Shown here piece by piece: positions 60,921 to 64,000 of a DNA stretch of 64,000 nucleotides. The notes beneath the pieces are model-generated. The model had not been told where the DNA came from and did no database searches. It was given only the letters and a program-made list of their open reading frames with translations. The position numbers and the translations under genes were made by a program. Position 1 is the first letter of the stretch. Each line of letters starts with the position of its first letter. This stretch comes from an uncultured Gemmatimonadales bacterium. Its GTDB lineage: Bacteria > Gemmatimonadota > Gemmatimonadetes > Gemmatimonadales > Gemmatimonadaceae. Location: assembly GCA_963707505.1 (NCBI GenBank), contig CAVPQB010000004.1, positions 992,001 to 1,056,000 on the forward strand, read 5' to 3'.

Positions 60921-62042
60921 ATGGCCGTACCCCTTCTAGACCTCAAAGCCCAGCACGGCACCATTCGCGACGAAGTCATCGCCGCGATCATGCCCATCGT
61001 TGATGGGCAGACTTTCATACTCGGCGAGCCTGTCGAGCGGCTCGAGAAACAGGTCGCCGAGCTGTCGCACACGAAGCACGCAATCGGTTGTGCCAACGGC
61101 ACCGATGCGATTTTGCTCGCATTACGCGCGCTCGACGTCGGACGCAACGACGCGATCGTCACGACTCCGTTCACATTCTTCGCGACAGCGGGCGCCATTC
61201 ACAACGTCGGCGCACGAACCGTGTTCGCCGACATCGACCCCGATACGTTCAACATCTCTCCCCAAGCTGTCGACGAAACCGTACGCAACACGCCCGATGC
61301 CAAGGCCGTCATCGCAGTCGATCTGTTCGGACAGATGGCAGCGATCGACGAGATCCGGGACGTGCTTCCGCAAGGAATGCCCATCATCGAGGACGCCGCA
61401 CAATCCATCGGCGCGAGCAGAAATGTCGATGGACGTCAGGTGATGGCCGGTGAGATCGCCGACATCGGCACCTTCAGCTTTTTCCCATCCAAGAACCTGG
61501 GCGGTTACGGCGACGGCGGCATGACCGTCACGCAGAGTGATGAGCTCGCCGCGCGCCTCCGGAGACTCAGGACTCACGGCAGCGTAAAGACGTACTTTCA
61601 CGAAGAGGTTGGCTACAACAGCAGGCTCGATGCGCTGCAGGCCGTCGTGCTGTCCGCCAAGCTGCCACACCTGGAAGCGTGGAGCGCCGCACGTCGACGC
61701 AACGCATCGCTGTACGACAGGGCGTTCGCGGATCTCGATGGCGTGCGTACTCCCGCGATCGACAGCAAGAATCAATCGATCTACAACCAGTACACGCTGC
61801 GCGCCGCGCGCCGCGACGAGCTTCAGGAATTTCTGAAGAAGCGTGGCATCGGCAACTCTGTCTATTATCCGCTGCCGCTGCATCTCCAGCCGTGCTTCGC
61901 TTACCTCGGTTACGAGGAAGGCGATTTTCCGGAGAGTGAGCGCGCGGCAAAGGAAGTTGTATCGCTGCCGGTATACCCGGAGCTTACCGACTCACAGCGC
62001 GACGAGGTAATCTCGGCAGTTCGCGCTTTCTACGGCCGTTGA
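60921..62042 (+). CDS. wbpE: DegT/DnrJ/EryC1/StrS aminotransferase, WbpE-like
   Basis: NGTDA, IEDAAQ, SFFPSKNLGGYGDGG, NSRLD. Confidence 0.82.
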   Translation: MAVPLLDLKAQHGTIRDEVIAAIMPIVDGQTFILGEPVERLEKQVAELSHTKHAIGCANGTDAILLALRALDVGRNDAIVTTPFTFFATAGAIHNVGARTVFADIDPDTFNISPQAVDETVRNTPDAKAVIAVDLFGQMAAIDEIRDVLPQGMPIIEDAAQSIGASRNVDGRQVMAGEIADIGTFSFFPSKNLGGYGDGGMTVTQSDELAARLRRLRTHGSVKTYFHEEVGYNSRLDALQAVVLSAKLPHLEAWSAARRRNASLYDRAFADLDGVRTPAIDSKNQSIYNQYTLRAARRDELQEFLKKRGIGNSVYYPLPLHLQPCFAYLGYEEGDFPESERAAKEVVSLPVYPELTDSQRDEVISAVRAFYGR

Positions 62043-62057
62043 GGGCCCTCCAAACGA

Positions 62058-63387
62058 ATGGATAACAAGCAGCGTCTTCTCGATAAAATCGCCGACCGCA
62101 CCGCCGTTATCGGCGTGGTCGGACTTGGCTACGTGGGACTTCCGCTCGCGGTCGAGTTCGCGAAAGCCGGCTTCAAGGTCATTGGCTTCGATGTAACGAA
62201 GAGCCTGACCGACATGCTCAATACCGGCAAGTCACACATTCAGGACGTTCCATCGGCTGAGCTCGCCGAAGTCGTCGGCAAGAAGTTGTTCGAGGCGACG
62301 ACCGATCCCAAGCGCATCAAGGAGATGGATTGCGTCTCGATCGCTGTCCCGACTCCGCTCGTCAAGACGCGCGACCCTGACATGAGCTACGTCGTCGCCG
62401 CAACCGCTACCATCAGCGATTACGCCCATCCTGGCATGCTGGTCGTGCTCGAGAGCACGACGTATCCCGGCACCACGCGCGAGCTCATGCAGCCCAAGCT
62501 CGAAGCCGCTGGCCTCAAGATCGGCAGCGATGTGTTCCTCGCTTTCAGCCCGGAGCGCGTGGACCCCGGCAATCCAGTCTGGCATACCAAGAACACACCC
62601 AAGGTGGTCGGCGGAATAACGCCCGCATGCACGGAAGTCGCGACCGCGTTGTACCAGAGCTGTCTCGATACCATCGTGCCGGTGACCTCGACCGAAACTG
62701 CGGAGCTTGTCAAGCTGCTCGAGAACACCTTCCGCTCCGTCAACATCGGCCTTGCAAATGAGATGGCGATCGTCTGCGAGAAACTCGGCGTCAACGTGTG
62801 GGAAGTGATCGACGCAGCTGCAACAAAGCCGTTCGGCTTCATGAAGTTCACGCCCGGCCCCGGAATCGGCGGCCACTGCATCCCGCTGGATCCGCACTAC
62901 CTCGCCTGGAAGATGCGCACGCTCAACTACAAGACGCGCTTCATCGATCTGGCCAGCGAGATCAATTCGCAGATGCCGGCCCTGGTGGTCGAAAAGGTCG
63001 CGCAGGCGCTCAATCATGAGCACAAATCGGTGAATGGCAGCAAGGTTCTCGTGCTCGGCGTGGCTTACAAGAAGAACATCGATGACATGCGTGAGAGCCC
63101 GGCACTCGACGTCATCAAGCTGCTCGAGGGGCGCGGCGCGAAGGTCTCGTTCCACGACCCGCACGTGACGACGTTCCGGGAGGACGGTCACACGTTCACC
63201 AGCGTCGAGCTGTCGGATGCCGTGCTCAAGCACTCGGACGCAGTGGTCATCGTCACCGACCACGACGCGGTGAACTATCAGCGAGTCGTCGATCTTGCGC
63301 CCGTTGTAGTGGATGCACGCAATGCCACCAAGGGTCTCACGTCGAAGAACGGGCGCATCGTGCCGTATGTCGGCAGACGCCGCCTAG
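62058..63387 (+). CDS. wbpA: UDP-GlcNAc 6-dehydrogenase, WbpA-like (probable frameshift near 63365; ORF track runs to 63455)
   Basis: GLGYVGLPLA, ESTTYPGTT, SPERVDPG, GGHCIPLDP, DMRESP. Confidence 0.85.
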
Positions 63388-63393
63388 CGCGAC

Positions 63394-64000
63394 ATGAACA
63401 TCGCTGTAATAGGAACGGGCTATGTCGGCCTGGTCGCCGGGGCGTGCCTCGCTGAAACAGGCAACGCGGTGATCTGCGCCGACCTGGACGAAAAGAAGAT
63501 CTCTCTTCTCAAGCGAAACGAGATCCCGATTTTCGAGCCGGGGCTGGACGCAATCGTCGAAAGGAACCAGGCTGACGGACGGCTCATCTTCACCACCGAC
63601 GTCGAAGCCGCCATCGCGGATGCGGAGGTGGTCTTCATCGCTGTTGGAACACCGCCGGACGAGGACGGATCTGCAGACCTGTCCCACGTACTGGCCGTCG
63701 CCGACACGGTCGGGCGCTCGATGACGCGCGAGACGGTCGTCGTCACCAAGTCCACCGTTCCCGTCGGCACGGCGCCGCTGGTCAAGAAGGCGGTCGCCAG
63801 GCACGCGCGGTTCCCGTTCCACGTTGTCAGCAATCCCGAATTTCTAAAAGAAGGCGCGGCTGTCGAGGACTTCCTCAAGCCTGACCGCGTAGTTCTGGGT
63901 GTCGAGAGTGAGTTCGCCACGACGGTCATGGGCGAGCTCTACGCTCCGTTCGTGCGTACCGGGCGCCCGGTCATCTATATGGACATCGCGTCCGCGGAGA
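63394..64000 (+). CDS. ugd: UDP-glucose/GDP-mannose dehydrogenase, truncated by window end
   Basis: MNIAVIGTGYVGLV, IAVGTP, KSTVPVGT, SNPEFLKEG. Confidence 0.9.
   Translation, partial: MNIAVIGTGYVGLVAGACLAETGNAVICADLDEKKISLLKRNEIPIFEPGLDAIVERNQADGRLIFTTDVEAAIADAEVVFIAVGTPPDEDGSADLSHVLAVADTVGRSMTRETVVVTKSTVPVGTAPLVKKAVARHARFPFHVVSNPEFLKEGAAVEDFLKPDRVVLGVESEFATTVMGELYAPFVRTGRPVIYMDIASAE

Overview
High-GC bacterial chromosomal window, most consistent with Gemmatimonadota (inferred from gene style and families; not checked). It is mostly housekeeping DNA. I found no CRISPR array, prophage, integrase or transposase. Contents in order: 3' end of an alternative complex III ActF-like gene; CHAD protein; peroxiredoxin; a blaI / BlaR1(M56)-TonB fusion / TonB-dependent receptor operon; rocD; hsp20; two two-component systems; tonB-exbB-exbD-exbD; amino-acid transporters and a K+-independent H+-PPase; a peptidoglycan-sugar salvage cluster (NamZ, SSS, BadF-type kinase); a ~12 kb tightly packed run (PIP synthase, ino1, 2-oxoacid dehydrogenase E1a/E1b/E2, PHP, pteridine-reductase-like SDR, Cys-rich unknown, trxB, MBL, aspA); hydrolase-sdpR-sdpI; Rrf2; tRNA-Leu(CAG); smpB; amidase; pyrD-pyrF; rpmJ-rpsM-rpsK-rpsD-rpoA-rplQ-rpmB; carB; and a wbpD-wbpB-wbpE-wbpA-ugd sugar cluster. 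Many genes, including essential ones, carry single-base frameshifts, so these are best read as long-read or assembly errors. The best candidate for an undescribed system is 2947-8679. There a BlaI repressor has a visible tandem operator over its own sigma70 promoter, a BlaR1-type zinc protease has its penicillin sensor replaced by a TonB C-terminal domain, and a receptor carries an unusual helical C-terminal tail. Together these suggest outer-membrane-to-repressor proteolytic signalling. All family calls come from motifs read by eye, without database searches.
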